Part shown: positions 19,922-29,963 of the stretch, piece by piece
Position numbering within the stretch: the first letter of the stretch is position 1
Layout: every line of letters begins with the position of its first letter
Assembly (NCBI GenBank): GCA_963720755.1
Contig: CAVRGP010000011.1
Coordinates: 864,001 to 928,000 of the forward strand
Reading direction: 5' to 3'
Length of the DNA: 64,000 nucleotides
Source of the DNA: an uncultured Chloroflexia bacterium
GTDB taxonomy: Bacteria; Chloroflexota; Limnocylindria; Limnocylindrales; CSP1-4
Program-made: the position numbers and the translations under genes
The notes under the pieces: generated by a model
Seen by the model: only the letters and a program-made list of their open reading frames with translations
Databases searched by the model: none
What the model was told of the DNA's origin: nothing

Positions 19922-20475
19922 CGTCGGCCCAGCCGGTTGAACGCCAACTGACCTGGAACGTCGCCGGGCTCCTTGCCGACGATCCCGGTTCCGATCGGGT
20001 CACCGTCGTCGATGGTGTGTCGATCGATCTCGGACCCGACCTTGCCCTCGCGGCGCCGATCGGGGGGCGGGTGCGGTTGATCCGGACCAACCGCGGGATC
20101 CTCGCCCAGGCCGACCTCGAGACCGCCCTCCGGCTGGACTGCAGCCGTTGCCTTCGCGATCTGGAGTTGCCGGTCGTGATCCGGCTCAGCGAGGAATTCC
20201 TGCCGGCCCTCGACCTGGCGACGGGACGGCCGCTTGCCGTGGACGACGAGCCCGACGTCGCACGATTGACCGATCACCATGAGCTCGACCTCGAAACGGC
20301 AGTCCGCGAAGCCATCCAGCTGGCGGAGCCGATCGCCCCGGTCTGCCGACCCGATTGCCCGGGTCTCTGCAGCGTCTGCGGCGGCCGACTCGACACTGGA
20401 CGCCACGACCATCCCGACGAGGACATCGATCCCCGGTTGGAGGCGCTGCGCGGCTTCCGGGCGGACGATACGTGA
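19918..20475 (+). CDS. yceD: YceD/DUF177 family protein
   Basis: CSRC, CRPDCPGLCSVCG and DPRLEAL motifs; upstream of rpmF. Confidence 0.93.
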   Translation: MTSAQPVERQLTWNVAGLLADDPGSDRVTVVDGVSIDLGPDLALAAPIGGRVRLIRTNRGILAQADLETALRLDCSRCLRDLELPVVIRLSEEFLPALDLATGRPLAVDDEPDVARLTDHHELDLETAVREAIQLAEPIAPVCRPDCPGLCSVCGGRLDTGRHDHPDEDIDPRLEALRGFRADDT

Positions 20476-20495
20476 CGGCGGTAGCCGATTCGCGG

Positions 20496-20501
20496 TAGAC
20501 T
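20496..20501 (+). promoter_or_regulatory. Putative -10 element (TAGACT) for rpmF-plsX
   Basis: TAnnnT hexamer in the intergenic region. Confidence 0.5.
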
Positions 20502-20600
20502 CCGCCGTCGGTCCGACGATCTCACCCGAGGTTTCCGGCACCCCCAGCGAACAAGCCAATGCATCGCGTCCCGCGATGACCCGAAGGAGCCCGCGATCTC

Positions 20601-20801
20601 ATGGGAGTACCCAAGCGACGCGTCTCGCATGCCCGACAGGGCGAGCGGCGCGCACACCTCGCGATCAGCGTCCCGACGCTCGAGGAGTGCTCGCACTGCC
20701 ACGAGATGAAGCTGCCGCATCACGTCTGTCCGAACTGCGGCTATTACCAGGGGCGCCTGGCGGTCGAGCTCAAGCCAGCCACCGACGACGCCGCGCGCTG
20801 A
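20601..20801 (+). CDS. rpmF: 50S ribosomal protein L32
   Basis: MGVPKRRVS...CSHC...HHVCPNCGYY. Confidence 0.97.
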   Translation: MGVPKRRVSHARQGERRAHLAISVPTLEECSHCHEMKLPHHVCPNCGYYQGRLAVELKPATDDAAR

Positions 20802-20805
20802 CGCG

Positions 20806-21861
20806 GTGACCCGACCCGACCCCCAGCCGACGAGCGTCGACATGGCGGGGGTCCGTGTCGCGGTCGACGCGATGGGCGGCGATCACGGGCCTGCCGAGGT
20901 CGTTCCCGGAGCCATCGATCACGCCCTGGCCCACCCGGAGGATCGGATCATCCTCGTCGGCGACGATGCGGCCATCCGGGCGATCGGTCGCGATCTCCCC
21001 GCCAACGTGTCGATCGTCATCGCCACGGAGGTCGTGGGCATGGACGAGCATCCGGCACTTGCCCTGCGGGAGAAGAAGGATTCTTCGATCCTCGTCGCGG
21101 TCGACCTCGTGAAACGTGGCGAGGCTGACGCCGTCGTGACCGCCGGTCACACGGGGGCTGGGATGGCGGCCGCGGTGTTGCGGCTCGGCCGGCTTCCAGG
21201 GGTCGACCGGCCCGCCCTCGCCGTCCAGATGATGACCGCCACCGGCCCCATCGTCCTTCTCGATATCGGGGCGAACCCGGATTCGACGCCCGAGAACCTC
21301 GTCCAGTACGCACGGATGGGCGCGATCTTCGCCGAGCGGGTCCTCGGGGTGGCCGAACCCCGCGTCGCGCTCCTCTCGATCGGCGAGGAGAAGGGGAAGG
21401 GCGATGCCCGGATCCAGCGCGCAACCGAGTTGCTCGATGCGTCCGACATGCACTTCCAGGGCAACGTCGAGGGCAAAGATCTGACGACCCATGGCGCCGA
21501 CGTCGTGGTCTGCGACGCCGTGCTGGGCAACGTCGTGATCAAGTTCTACGAGGGACTCTCGACCTTCATCTTCGACCTGTGGCGGGGCGAATTCCGAGGT
21601 TCCATCCGCGGCCGGCTGGCGTATCTGCTGATGCGCCCGGGGATCGGCCGGATCAGGGACACGTTCGACTACGAGCAGGTCGGTGGATCCCCGCTGCTCG
21701 GGGTCCGCGGGTCGGTCATCATCACCCACGGTCGGGCGAGGCGTCGGATGGTCGCATTCGCGTGCGGCGTCGCCGCCACCACCGCTCGGACCGGGGTGCC
21801 CGGTCTCATCGCGGAGTCGCTCGGTCGATCGACGGTGCAGCAGCCCGGAGCCACGCCGTGA
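20806..21861 (+). CDS. plsX: Phosphate acyltransferase PlsX
   Basis: VAVDAMGGD, LDIGAN, IGEEKGKG and GNVEG motifs. Confidence 0.96.
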   Translation: MTRPDPQPTSVDMAGVRVAVDAMGGDHGPAEVVPGAIDHALAHPEDRIILVGDDAAIRAIGRDLPANVSIVIATEVVGMDEHPALALREKKDSSILVAVDLVKRGEADAVVTAGHTGAGMAAAVLRLGRLPGVDRPALAVQMMTATGPIVLLDIGANPDSTPENLVQYARMGAIFAERVLGVAEPRVALLSIGEEKGKGDARIQRATELLDASDMHFQGNVEGKDLTTHGADVVVCDAVLGNVVIKFYEGLSTFIFDLWRGEFRGSIRGRLAYLLMRPGIGRIRDTFDYEQVGGSPLLGVRGSVIITHGRARRRMVAFACGVAATTARTGVPGLIAESLGRSTVQQPGATP

Positions 21862-22172
21862 GCGGCCCCGAGGTCACGGTCGGGCGGGGTGTCATCGCCG
21901 AACTCGTTCGTCTGGCGGCGTTCGAGGTTCCCGGGGTTGCCCGGGTGGGTCGGGGCGGTCCCGCCTGGCGACGCTTGCTCGGGGGACGGGCCGTGGCGGT
22001 ACGGATCCACGATGACCGGGTCCTCGTTCGGATCCGGATCGTGGCCCGGCCGGGCCGATCCCTGACAGCGGTGACATCTGAAGTCCGTAGCGCGGTCGCG
22101 GCGACCGTCGAGCGGTTGCTGGGTCTCGAGCTCGAGACGGTGACCGTGCTGGTCGATGGCGTCGGGGGCTGA
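21858..22172 (+). CDS. Asp23/Gls24 family protein (YqhY-like)
   Basis: VIAELVRLAAFEVPGV...VTVLVDGV; upstream of nusB as in Firmicutes yqhY-nusB. Confidence 0.85.
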   Translation: MSGPEVTVGRGVIAELVRLAAFEVPGVARVGRGGPAWRRLLGGRAVAVRIHDDRVLVRIRIVARPGRSLTAVTSEVRSAVAATVERLLGLELETVTVLVDGVGG

Positions 22173-22686
22173 CCTCGTCCGCGGCCGGCGGGCCGGGCGG
22201 CGACTCGCCCTTGCCGCGGTCTTCGAGGCCGATTTCGGGCAGCGGACCGCCGATTCCGTCCTCGAGCGCCACCTGGCCGAATCGGAGCGCAGCGACGACG
22301 CGGCAGGCCTTGCCCGGGAACTCGTGGCGGCGGTCACGACCTATCGCGACGCCATCGATGCCGAGATCACCCGACGAGCGCCGCAGTATCCGGTGACCGG
22401 GCTTGCCCGGATGGATCGGACCCTGCTCCGTTGCGCCATATCCGAGGTGCTACACTCGGCCACGCCGGCCCGGGTGGCCATCGCCGAGTGGGTCGAGCTG
22501 GCACGCACATACAGTGGAGAACCGATGCGGCGCCTCATGAATGGCGTCCTCGGGAGCATCGCAGCGGAGCCCAGCGGCACGCGGCCGACGGCACCAGCAC
22601 CCATCTCCGAGGAGGGAGTCAGTGGCAACAACGTACGAGCGCCTCAAGAAGATCGTGGTCGAGCAGCTCGGCGCGGACGAGGATGA
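22156..22686 (+). CDS. nusB: Transcription antitermination factor NusB
   Basis: [24 protein letters not shown] and NGVL motifs. Confidence 0.92.
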   Translation: MASGADLVRGRRAGRRLALAAVFEADFGQRTADSVLERHLAESERSDDAAGLARELVAAVTTYRDAIDAEITRRAPQYPVTGLARMDRTLLRCAISEVLHSATPARVAIAEWVELARTYSGEPMRRLMNGVLGSIAAEPSGTRPTAPAPISEEGVSGNNVRAPQEDRGRAARRGRG

Positions 22687-22858
22687 GGTCAAGCCCGAGG
22701 CGTCATTCGTCGATGACCTGAATGCCGATTCCCTCGACCTGGTCGAACTCATCATGAGCCTCGAAGAGGAGTTCGGGACGGAGATCTCGGACGAGGATGC
22801 GGAGAAGATCCGCACCGTCCAGGACGCTGTCGATTACATCGACGAGCGATCGTCCTAG
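22622..22858 (+). CDS. acpP: Acyl carrier protein
   Basis: [14 protein letters not shown]; GAGGAGG Shine-Dalgarno ahead of the GTG at 22622. Confidence 0.97.
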   Translation: MATTYERLKKIVVEQLGADEDEVKPEASFVDDLNADSLDLVELIMSLEEEFGTEISDEDAEKIRTVQDAVDYIDERSS

Positions 22859-22893
22859 CACCACCCGCGGGCGTCGGCCGGGACCTCGACGGC

Positions 22894-23619
22894 GTGCGTC
22901 CGGCCGAGGCCCTCGCTGCGCGGATCGATCTGCCGGTCCGCGATCTGGCACTGCTCGATCAAGCGCTCGTTCACTCGAGCTGGTATCACGAGCATCGTGA
23001 CGCCGGTCCCGGCCATAACGAGCGCCTCGAGTTCCTCGGTGACGCCGTGATCAACCTGGCGATCTCGCAGGCCCTCTACGCGCGCCATCCGCTCGATGAC
23101 GAGGGTGATCTGAGTGCCCGGCGGGCGGCGATCGTGTCAGCTGCCGGCCTTGCCCGACTGGCCGGCCGCATCGACCTCGGACGGTTCCTGCTCCTCGGCG
23201 AGGGCGAGGCGCAACGGAGCGCGCGCAAACGACCGACCCTCCTGGCCTCCACCTTCGAGGCCGTCGCTGGCGCCCTCTATCTGGATCTCGGGTTCGAGGC
23301 GGTCACCACGTGGCTCCTCGACCTGGCCGATCCGGAGCTGACCGCAGAAGGGCCCGTGGGTGCGCTCAAGAGTCCCAAGAGCCGCCTGCAGGAGTACACC
23401 CAGCGGACATCGGGTTCCCGGCCGTCGTATCGACTTCTTGACGCGACCGGACCGGATCACGAGAAGTCGTTCCGGATCGAGGCCTGGGTCGATGGCGTGC
23501 TCCTGGGGACGGGTGAAGGACCGTCTCGACGCATCGCCGAGACGGCTGCCGCGGCACAGGCGATGGATGCGCTCCGGGTCACGACCGAGGCGTCGGGTGG
23601 GGAGGGATCGGGCGCATGA
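22894..23619 (+). CDS. rnc: Ribonuclease III
   Basis: NERLEFLGDA signature plus a dsRBD. Confidence 0.97.
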   Translation: MRPAEALAARIDLPVRDLALLDQALVHSSWYHEHRDAGPGHNERLEFLGDAVINLAISQALYARHPLDDEGDLSARRAAIVSAAGLARLAGRIDLGRFLLLGEGEAQRSARKRPTLLASTFEAVAGALYLDLGFEAVTTWLLDLADPELTAEGPVGALKSPKSRLQEYTQRTSGSRPSYRLLDATGPDHEKSFRIEAWVDGVLLGTGEGPSRRIAETAAAAQAMDALRVTTEASGGEGSGA

Positions 23620-26600
23620 GCACGATAGGCCCGCCCACGGAACCGCGGCTGCTGGCATTGCGCCTGCAGGGGTTCAAGTCATTCGCGGAACGGACGAACG
23701 TCGAGTTCGGGCCGGGCATCAGCGCGGTCGTCGGGCCGAATGGTTCGGGCAAGAGCAATCTCGCGGACGCCCTCCGCTGGGCCCTCGGCGAGCAGGGTCG
23801 GGCGCTCCGGTCGCGCAAGTCCGAGGACGTGATCTGGGCCGGTTCAGAGAAGCGCGCGGCGCAGGGCATGGCGGACGTCACCCTGGTCCTGGACAACGCT
23901 GACGGTCTCCTGCCCGTCGAGTTCCAGGTCCTCGAGCTCGGTCGCCGACTGTATCGGTCGGGCGAGAACGATTATCTGCTCAACAAGAGTCGGATCCGAC
24001 TACGGGATCTGGTCGACCTGCTCGATGCGGCCCACCTCGCCGACAACGCCTTCCTGTTCATCGGCCAGGGGATGGTCGACCAGGCGCTCGCCCTCCGACC
24101 CGAGGAGCGCCGGCCGCTGTTCGAAGAGGTTGCCGGGGTGCGTCGCCACGAACGCCGCCGCCGGAAGGCCGAAGAGCAGCTGGTCGAGTCCGAGGCGAAC
24201 CTGGCCCGGGTCGAGGACATCCTGGGCGAGCTGCGACCGCAGGCTCGTCGACTTGCAGCCCAGGCTGAACAACAGGCCAACCGCGATACGACCGCCGACG
24301 AACTCATGGCCGCGCTGCTGATCAGCATGCATACCCGATGGTACGAGGCAGCCCGGCGTTCGGAGATCGTCGAGGGCGTTCGTGCGCGAGCCGCGTCCGC
24401 GGTGGAGCAGGCCATGCGCGAGCTGAGCGTGGCCGAGCATGCGGCGACGACGCTGTCGGGCGAGCTCGCCGCTCGTACCAGGCTCGAGCGCGATCGGCGC
24501 GAGGCACACGATGCCGCCCAGGCGGCCGTGACCGAGGCTCGACTGCGTGACGCCCGGCTCGCTTCCGAACTCGAAGCCGTCGAGCGTGATCGTGAGCGTC
24601 TTCAAGCCGAGCGTCTCGCGGCGGAAGCGGAACTGGCCACTGGCCGACGAGCGCTCGCAAGCCCTGTCCCGTCGAGGGACCTGGACCTCGAATTTGCCGC
24701 GGCAACTGCCGAGCGCGACCTCGCCGACGCCCTCGCCGAGTTGGTCGCGCTCCGGACCGCGCGCCAGGCGCAGGGGCAGGAGTTGGCCGCGCTGCGCCGC
24801 GTCGCTGCCGCGCGCCAGGCCGAGCGCGAGACCATCCGTCGCCAGTTGGTCGACATCGAGGAGCGGGCGTCGGAGGCCGCTGCCGAGGCCGAAGTCGCGA
24901 CGATCCGCCGAACGGCGCTCGAGTCGGAGGTGGCCCTGGCCGGGGCCGCGGTCGTCGAGGCGACCGAACGGGAGCGCGTGGCGGCGACGGACCGGGAAGC
25001 GGCGCGTGACGGAGCCAGCACCGCAGAAGCCGCCCGTGTGGCCGCCAACGAGCAGGTCGTTGCTGCCAGCTCCAGTCTGGCCGCCCTCCGTGCCCGTCTC
25101 GATGGATTGGAGCGCCGTCTTGCCGAAGAGGAGCAGCGCGGCATCGCCACGGCCGCCCGGCGGATCGGCGGTCGCCGCCTTGACGAGGACCTCGATATCG
25201 ATCCGACCCTTCGTGCGGCGTCCGAGGCGGCGCTGGCAGACGCGACCCGGGCGTATCTCGTCGGAGCGGACCATGTCCAGGGCCTCGCCAACGAGCGGGG
25301 CGCGCTTGTCGTCACGGAGCGCGCGACCGGGCCGGCCGGACCGGTCGACGCGCGTGAACGTCGGTTCCGAGAGGCGATCCAGGCCGCCGGTGGCGGGACC
25401 CTCGATGCCGCCGTGCGCCGCGACGCAACGGGCGCCGCACGTCGCATCCTGGCCCGGGCGGCCTGGCTGCCCGACCTCGCGACGTGCCTGGAGGTCCAGG
25501 CCGGCTTGCCCCCGGGTTGGATCCTCGTTCCCCGCGATGGGAGCGCCGTGGTCACGGATCTCGGCGTCACCTTCGGAGCTGGCGAGTCCGTCCTCGAACG
25601 TCGTGCCGAGGCGACTCGATTGACCCATGAGATCGAGGTGATCGACTCCAAGCTCGACACGCTCCGGGAGATCGACGAGCGTCGGACGATCGCGGCCCGG
25701 GATGCGCTGGCCGCGGTGGAGGCGGCACGGGCGGAGGAGAGCCGGGCGAGCGGCGAACGCCGTGCTGCAGAGGAAGCCGAGCGCGTCGTCGCCCGTCGAC
25801 TCGAGACGGCCGTTCGCGAATCGACCTGGCACGAAGCGCAGGCCGCCAGACTCGAGCTCGATCGGGCGCGAGCCGCTGAGGCCGTCGCCGCCGATGAGGC
25901 GGTCCCGAGCGGGCCCGACGATCATGCCGACGGACGTCCGGGGGACGAGTCGGACGACGGCGCCGCGCTCGCGGCCTGGGAAGCCCGTGCGACCGAGCTG
26001 CGGGTCCGGCGCGACCGTCTGGCGGCCAAAGTGAGCCAGGGTGAAACGGCGCGTCGAGAGGCCGACAATCGCCGCGCCAACGCAGAGGCATCGACCCGCA
26101 TCGCGGAAGAGCGGATCGCCCGCGCGGACGCGGACAGCCTGCGGCTGGGTGAGCGGGAGCGCGCGCTTCACGAAGAACGCGACATCCTCCGGACGGATCT
26201 CGCGACCAGCATCGCCAGGGGCTCCGCCGCGCGTGATGCCCTCGCCGAAGTCCATGCTGCCGATGCTGCCGATCGCGACCGACTGGCCGCGGCCGAGCGT
26301 GACGCGAGCGCCTCCCGGGAGCGGCTTCGCGCGGTCGACAGCCGCCTCCGTGGAGCGGACCACGATGCCCTCGAGGCACGACTTGCCCTCGATTCGCTCC
26401 ACGAAACGATGGTCGCGGAGCTGGCCAGCCTCGGCGATCTCGCATCGGATCGATTGACCGCGCTTGCCGGGGCGCCGGCGACCGAGGCCGAGCCTGCCCG
26501 CGCCGGCGACGGGCCGGACGGCGAGGGTGGAGGGTCGGCCGCCGACGGAGCGGACGACATCGTCGCCCTGGAGGCCCTCCTGGGTCGGGCAACCGCCCGC

Positions 26601-27320
26601 TGGGCTGCGGCGCCATCTCCGATGCCGGCGCCGAGCCCGGCGCGGCTTGGCCAGCTTCGTCGTCGGTTCCACGAGCTTGGCGCGGTGAACCCATTCGCCG
26701 TGGGCGAATACGCCGCGCTCAAGGAGCGGCTCGATACGCTCGAGACCCAGGCATCCGACTTGACCACCGCGATCACCCGAACCCGCGAGTTGATCGCGGA
26801 GCTTGAGACGATGATCGCGGACCGCTTTCGGACCACCTTCCAGGCGCTGGAAGCGGCGTTCGCCACCAGGTTCGAGCAGCTATTCGGGGGTGGGTACGCC
26901 CGGCTGTCATTGACCGACCCAGCGGATCTCGGGTCGACCGGGATCGAGATCGTGGCCAGGCCGCCTGGCAAGAAGGCGCAGGCGCTCGCGATGCTGTCCG
27001 GTGGCGAGCGAGCTCTCACCGCGGTGGCCCTGTTGTTCGCGATGCTCGAAGTCCGACCGGTCCCGTTCTGCGTCCTCGACGAGGTCGATGCCGCGCTCGA
27101 CGAAGCCAATATCGGTCGGTTCGCGGATGCCCTCCGCAGCCTCGCCCACCAGACCCAGTTCATCGTGATCACGCACAACCGAGGCACGATCGAGGCGGCC
27201 GATGCCCTGTATGGCGTGACCGTTGGCGATGATTCGGTCAGCCGGGTGATCAGCCTGCGGCTCGATGAGGCCCAGGCCCTGGCGGCGCGCGACGGCGAGC
27301 GCGCGTCAGTCGGCGGGTAG
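23616..27320 (+). CDS. smc: Chromosome segregation ATPase SMC
   Basis: GPNGSGKSN, long coiled coils, LSGGE and LDEVDAALD; rnc-smc-ftsY synteny. Confidence 0.96.
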   Translation: MSTIGPPTEPRLLALRLQGFKSFAERTNVEFGPGISAVVGPNGSGKSNLADALRWALGEQGRALRSRKSEDVIWAGSEKRAAQGMADVTLVLDNADGLLPVEFQVLELGRRLYRSGENDYLLNKSRIRLRDLVDLLDAAHLADNAFLFIGQGMVDQALALRPEERRPLFEEVAGVRRHERRRRKAEEQLVESEANLARVEDILGELRPQARRLAAQAEQQANRDTTADELMAALLISMHTRWYEAARRSEIVEGVRARAASAVEQAMRELSVAEHAATTLSGELAARTRLERDRREAHDAAQAAVTEARLRDARLASELEAVERDRERLQAERLAAEAELATGRRALASPVPSRDLDLEFAAATAERDLADALAELVALRTARQAQGQELAALRRVAAARQAERETIRRQLVDIEERASEAAAEAEVATIRRTALESEVALAGAAVVEATERERVAATDREAARDGASTAEAARVAANEQVVAASSSLAALRARLDGLERRLAEEEQRGIATAARRIGGRRLDEDLDIDPTLRAASEAALADATRAYLVGADHVQGLANERGALVVTERATGPAGPVDARERRFREAIQAAGGGTLDAAVRRDATGAARRILARAAWLPDLATCLEVQAGLPPGWILVPRDGSAVVTDLGVTFGAGESVLERRAEATRLTHEIEVIDSKLDTLREIDERRTIAARDALAAVEAARAEESRASGERRAAEEAERVVARRLETAVRESTWHEAQAARLELDRARAAEAVAADEAVPSGPDDHADGRPGDESDDGAALAAWEARATELRVRRDRLAAKVSQGETARREADNRRANAEASTRIAEERIARADADSLRLGERERALHEERDILRTDLATSIARGSAARDALAEVHAADAADRDRLAAAERDASASRERLRAVDSRLRGADHDALEARLALDSLHETMVAELASLGDLASDRLTALAGAPATEAEPARAGDGPDGEGGGSAADGADDIVALEALLGRATARWAAAPSPMPAPSPARLGQLRRRFHELGAVNPFAVGEYAALKERLDTLETQASDLTTAITRTRELIAELETMIADRFRTTFQALEAAFATRFEQLFGGGYARLSLTDPADLGSTGIEIVARPPGKKAQALAMLSGGERALTAVALLFAMLEVRPVPFCVLDEVDAALDEANIGRFADALRSLAHQTQFIVITHNRGTIEAADALYGVTVGDDSVSRVISLRLDEAQALAARDGERASVGG

Positions 27321-27330
27321 GCTCGACCGC

Positions 27331-28491
27331 ATGCCGTTCTGGCGCCGCAAACGCGATGAGGAAGAGGCGGCCGTCCCGGGTCCCGCTGTCCCGGATCCCG
27401 CTGTCCCGGATCCCGCCTCCCAGCCGACCGACGCGGGCGCGTCCGACGAAGTCGTCGCCGACTGGGAGCCACCGGCGACCGACTTCGACGATCCGAGCGA
27501 CGTTGCCGCCACCCCGGCCGAACCGAGCGGAGTGCCACTCGAACCCACCCTGCTCGAGCCCACCCCGCCCGAACCGGTCGTCGCCGTCGTCGAACCGGCC
27601 AGCCAGTCCCTCGAGGACGGCCTCGAGCGCACCCGGGGCGGGTTCATGTCACGCCTGCGCGGCGTGCTGGAGAGCGGCGCCGAGGGCGGTCCGTCCTGGG
27701 ACGAGGTGGAAGAGACCTTGATCGCCGGCGATGTCGGTGCCGCACTGGCGATCGATCTGGTCGAGCGCGCGAGGCTGAGCCGTGAACCCGGCGGACCGGA
27801 GGCCGCGATCCGGACTGAGCTCGCGGCGTTGCTCGTGCCGCGCGACCTGGCCTGGCGGCCGACGTCGGCCGTGGCCGGCGGGCCGGCCGTCGTCCTGGTC
27901 GTGGGCGTCAACGGGACCGGCAAGACGACGACGATCGGCAAACTCGCCAGCCGCTACAAGGCTGAAGGCAGCACGGTGATCCTGGCGGCCGCCGATACCT
28001 TCCGTGCGGCCGCGATCGACCAACTCAGGATCTGGGCGGATCGGGCCAGGGTGCCGATCATCGCCCACGCGCCGGGCGCCGATCCGGGGGCCGTGGTCTA
28101 CGACGCCCTCGATGCGGCGGTCGCCCGGGGCGTGGATATGGTCATCGCCGATACGGCGGGTCGCCTGCACACCCGCTCGAACCTGATGGACGAATTGGCC
28201 AAGGTCCGTCGCGTGATCGACAAGCGGCTGCCCGGGGCCGAGCCCGAGACGATCTTCGTCCTGGACGCCACGACGGGGCAGAACGGATTGGCCCAGGCCA
28301 AGGCGTTCCACGAGGCCGTCGGATTGACCGGGGTCGTCCTGACCAAGCTCGACTCGACGGCCAAGGGCGGGATCATCTTCGCGATCGAGGATGCGCTCAA
28401 GGTGCCGGTCAGGTTCGTCGGCGTCGGCGAGTCGGTCGGGGACCTGCTCCCGTTCGACCCTGACGCATTCGTGGCCGCGCTGTTCGACTGA
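27331..28491 (+). CDS. ftsY: SRP receptor FtsY
   Basis: [14 protein letters not shown] and TKLD motifs; acidic N-terminus. Confidence 0.97.
   Translation: MPFWRRKRDEEEAAVPGPAVPDPAVPDPASQPTDAGASDEVVADWEPPATDFDDPSDVAATPAEPSGVPLEPTLLEPTPPEPVVAVVEPASQSLEDGLERTRGGFMSRLRGVLESGAEGGPSWDEVEETLIAGDVGAALAIDLVERARLSREPGGPEAAIRTELAALLVPRDLAWRPTSAVAGGPAVVLVVGVNGTGKTTTIGKLASRYKAEGSTVILAAADTFRAAAIDQLRIWADRARVPIIAHAPGADPGAVVYDALDAAVARGVDMVIADTAGRLHTRSNLMDELAKVRRVIDKRLPGAEPETIFVLDATTGQNGLAQAKAFHEAVGLTGVVLTKLDSTAKGGIIFAIEDALKVPVRFVGVGESVGDLLPFDPDAFVAALFD
27373..27417 (+). repeat. In-frame 15-nt tandem repeat (about 3 copies) in the ftsY N-terminus
   Basis: gtcccgggtcccgct gtcccggatcccgct gtcccggatcccgcc, encoding [15 protein letters not shown]. 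Confidence 0.8.
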
Positions 28492-28506
28492 CAGACCAGG
28501 GTCCGC

Positions 28507-29829
28507 TCAGGCGCCCGGGGGCTGGTCCATCTCCACGGCGACGGCGACCGCCACCGGATCGATCAACGGACTGCCCGCGACGGCAGGTGGCAGGACCATC
28601 AGGTGGCGAACCGGCGAGAACCACAGGACGGCCGCCCCGGCCAACCCGCCAAGTGGAGCCAGCCACGATGTCGCCCGCAGGCCGATCACCTCGGCCAGGA
28701 CGCCCGCCGCCAGGGTCGCCACGAGCTGGGCCAGGACGGCGGCCACATGAAACGTCGAGGACACGCGGCCGAGTGCTCGATCGTGGACCAGGGTCTGGCG
28801 GACGGACACCTCCGTGATGTCGTAGACGGTGGCAGCCGAATCGGCCACGAGCTGCTGGACGACGAGACAGCCGATCGCGACGATGGGCAGCCCCGCTGGA
28901 GCCAGGGGAACGAACGCATTCCCGATCGCAGCCAGGATCATCGCGCCGACCGCAACTCGTCCCACCCCCCACCGACGGGTCGCTCGGCCGGCGGCGACCG
29001 CCCCGATGAACGACGACGCGCCGCCGACGCCCGCGACGACACCGAGCACGGCCGGGCTCAGTTCGAGCTCGTCGAGGACGAACAGGAACCAGGTCGCTCC
29101 GAAGACGCCCCACAGGACGGCCAACGACATCTGCGCCCCGGCGAATGCCCGCAGGATCGGGTCGTGTCGCACAAGCGCGAGTCCGACCCGGATCTCAGTC
29201 AGGACCGATTCGCGATCCTTGACGTCCGGCGGCGCGGGCTCGGGCCGTCGGATCGACAGGAGCAGCAGCGCCGACACGAGGTAGGTCACGGCGTCGATCG
29301 CGATGGCGATCGGCGCGGTCAGGAGCTGGACGAGGAAACCGCTGATACCGAATGCGGTGAATTCCGCTGCCGACCCACTGGCGGCCAGCGCGCTGTTCGC
29401 GCCGACCAGCCCTTCTCGCTCGACGATCGTCGGCAGGTAGGCGTTGTCGGCGGCGTCGAAGAACGTCGTCAGGATCGCCGCCAGGCCTGAGACGACGAAC
29501 AGTTGCGGGAGACCGAGGACCCCGAGCGCGAACGCGATCGGGATGGAGCCGAGCAGGGCCGCCCGGCCGAGATCGGCCCAGATGAGGACCGGACGTCGCC
29601 GAAGCCGATCGACCCACGCTCCCGCGACCAGGCCGAACAGGAGTGTTGCCCCGAGATCGAGCCCGCGCAGGGCGGCGACCTCGATGGCGCCGGATCCGAG
29701 GACGAGGATCGCCACCAGCGGCAGCGCGATCCGCGTGATGAGTGACCCGAAGATGGAGATCGACGCCGCTGCCCACACCCGAACGAAGGCATGATTGCGC
29801 CAGAGCGGAGCGGCGAACGGATTGGGCAC
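28507..29829 (-). CDS. MFS transporter (DHA3/macrolide-efflux-like)
   Basis: About 12 hydrophobic segments and the GAWVDRLRRR motif A; GTG at 29829 preferred, with TATGCT upstream. Confidence 0.9.
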   Translation of the reverse strand: MPNPFAAPLWRNHAFVRVWAAASISIFGSLITRIALPLVAILVLGSGAIEVAALRGLDLGATLLFGLVAGAWVDRLRRRPVLIWADLGRAALLGSIPIAFALGVLGLPQLFVVSGLAAILTTFFDAADNAYLPTIVEREGLVGANSALAASGSAAEFTAFGISGFLVQLLTAPIAIAIDAVTYLVSALLLLSIRRPEPAPPDVKDRESVLTEIRVGLALVRHDPILRAFAGAQMSLAVLWGVFGATWFLFVLDELELSPAVLGVVAGVGGASSFIGAVAAGRATRRWGVGRVAVGAMILAAIGNAFVPLAPAGLPIVAIGCLVVQQLVADSAATVYDITEVSVRQTLVHDRALGRVSSTFHVAAVLAQLVATLAAGVLAEVIGLRATSWLAPLGGLAGAAVLWFSPVRHLMVLPPAVAGSPLIDPVAVAVAVEMDQPPGA

Positions 29830-29963
29830 GGGACGCGCAGCATAGTGCCCGCGACAAGCCTGCGGTACACTCCACCCACTCGGTGCGTCAGAACTCGCGC
29901 ACCACCCCGGTTCGACCACGCGACGATCCGGCCCACCGACACCCTTGGAGTCCTACCCGGACC

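Noticed and set aside
24000-26672. 890-aa antisense ORF opposite smc, and many similar long alternative-frame ORFs
   Set aside because: Same shadow-ORF artefact; stop codons are scarce at this GC content.
23616-27320. SMC as part of a Wadjet/MksBEF defence system
   Set aside because: It sits in the standard rnc-smc-ftsY housekeeping context with no jet/mks partner genes.
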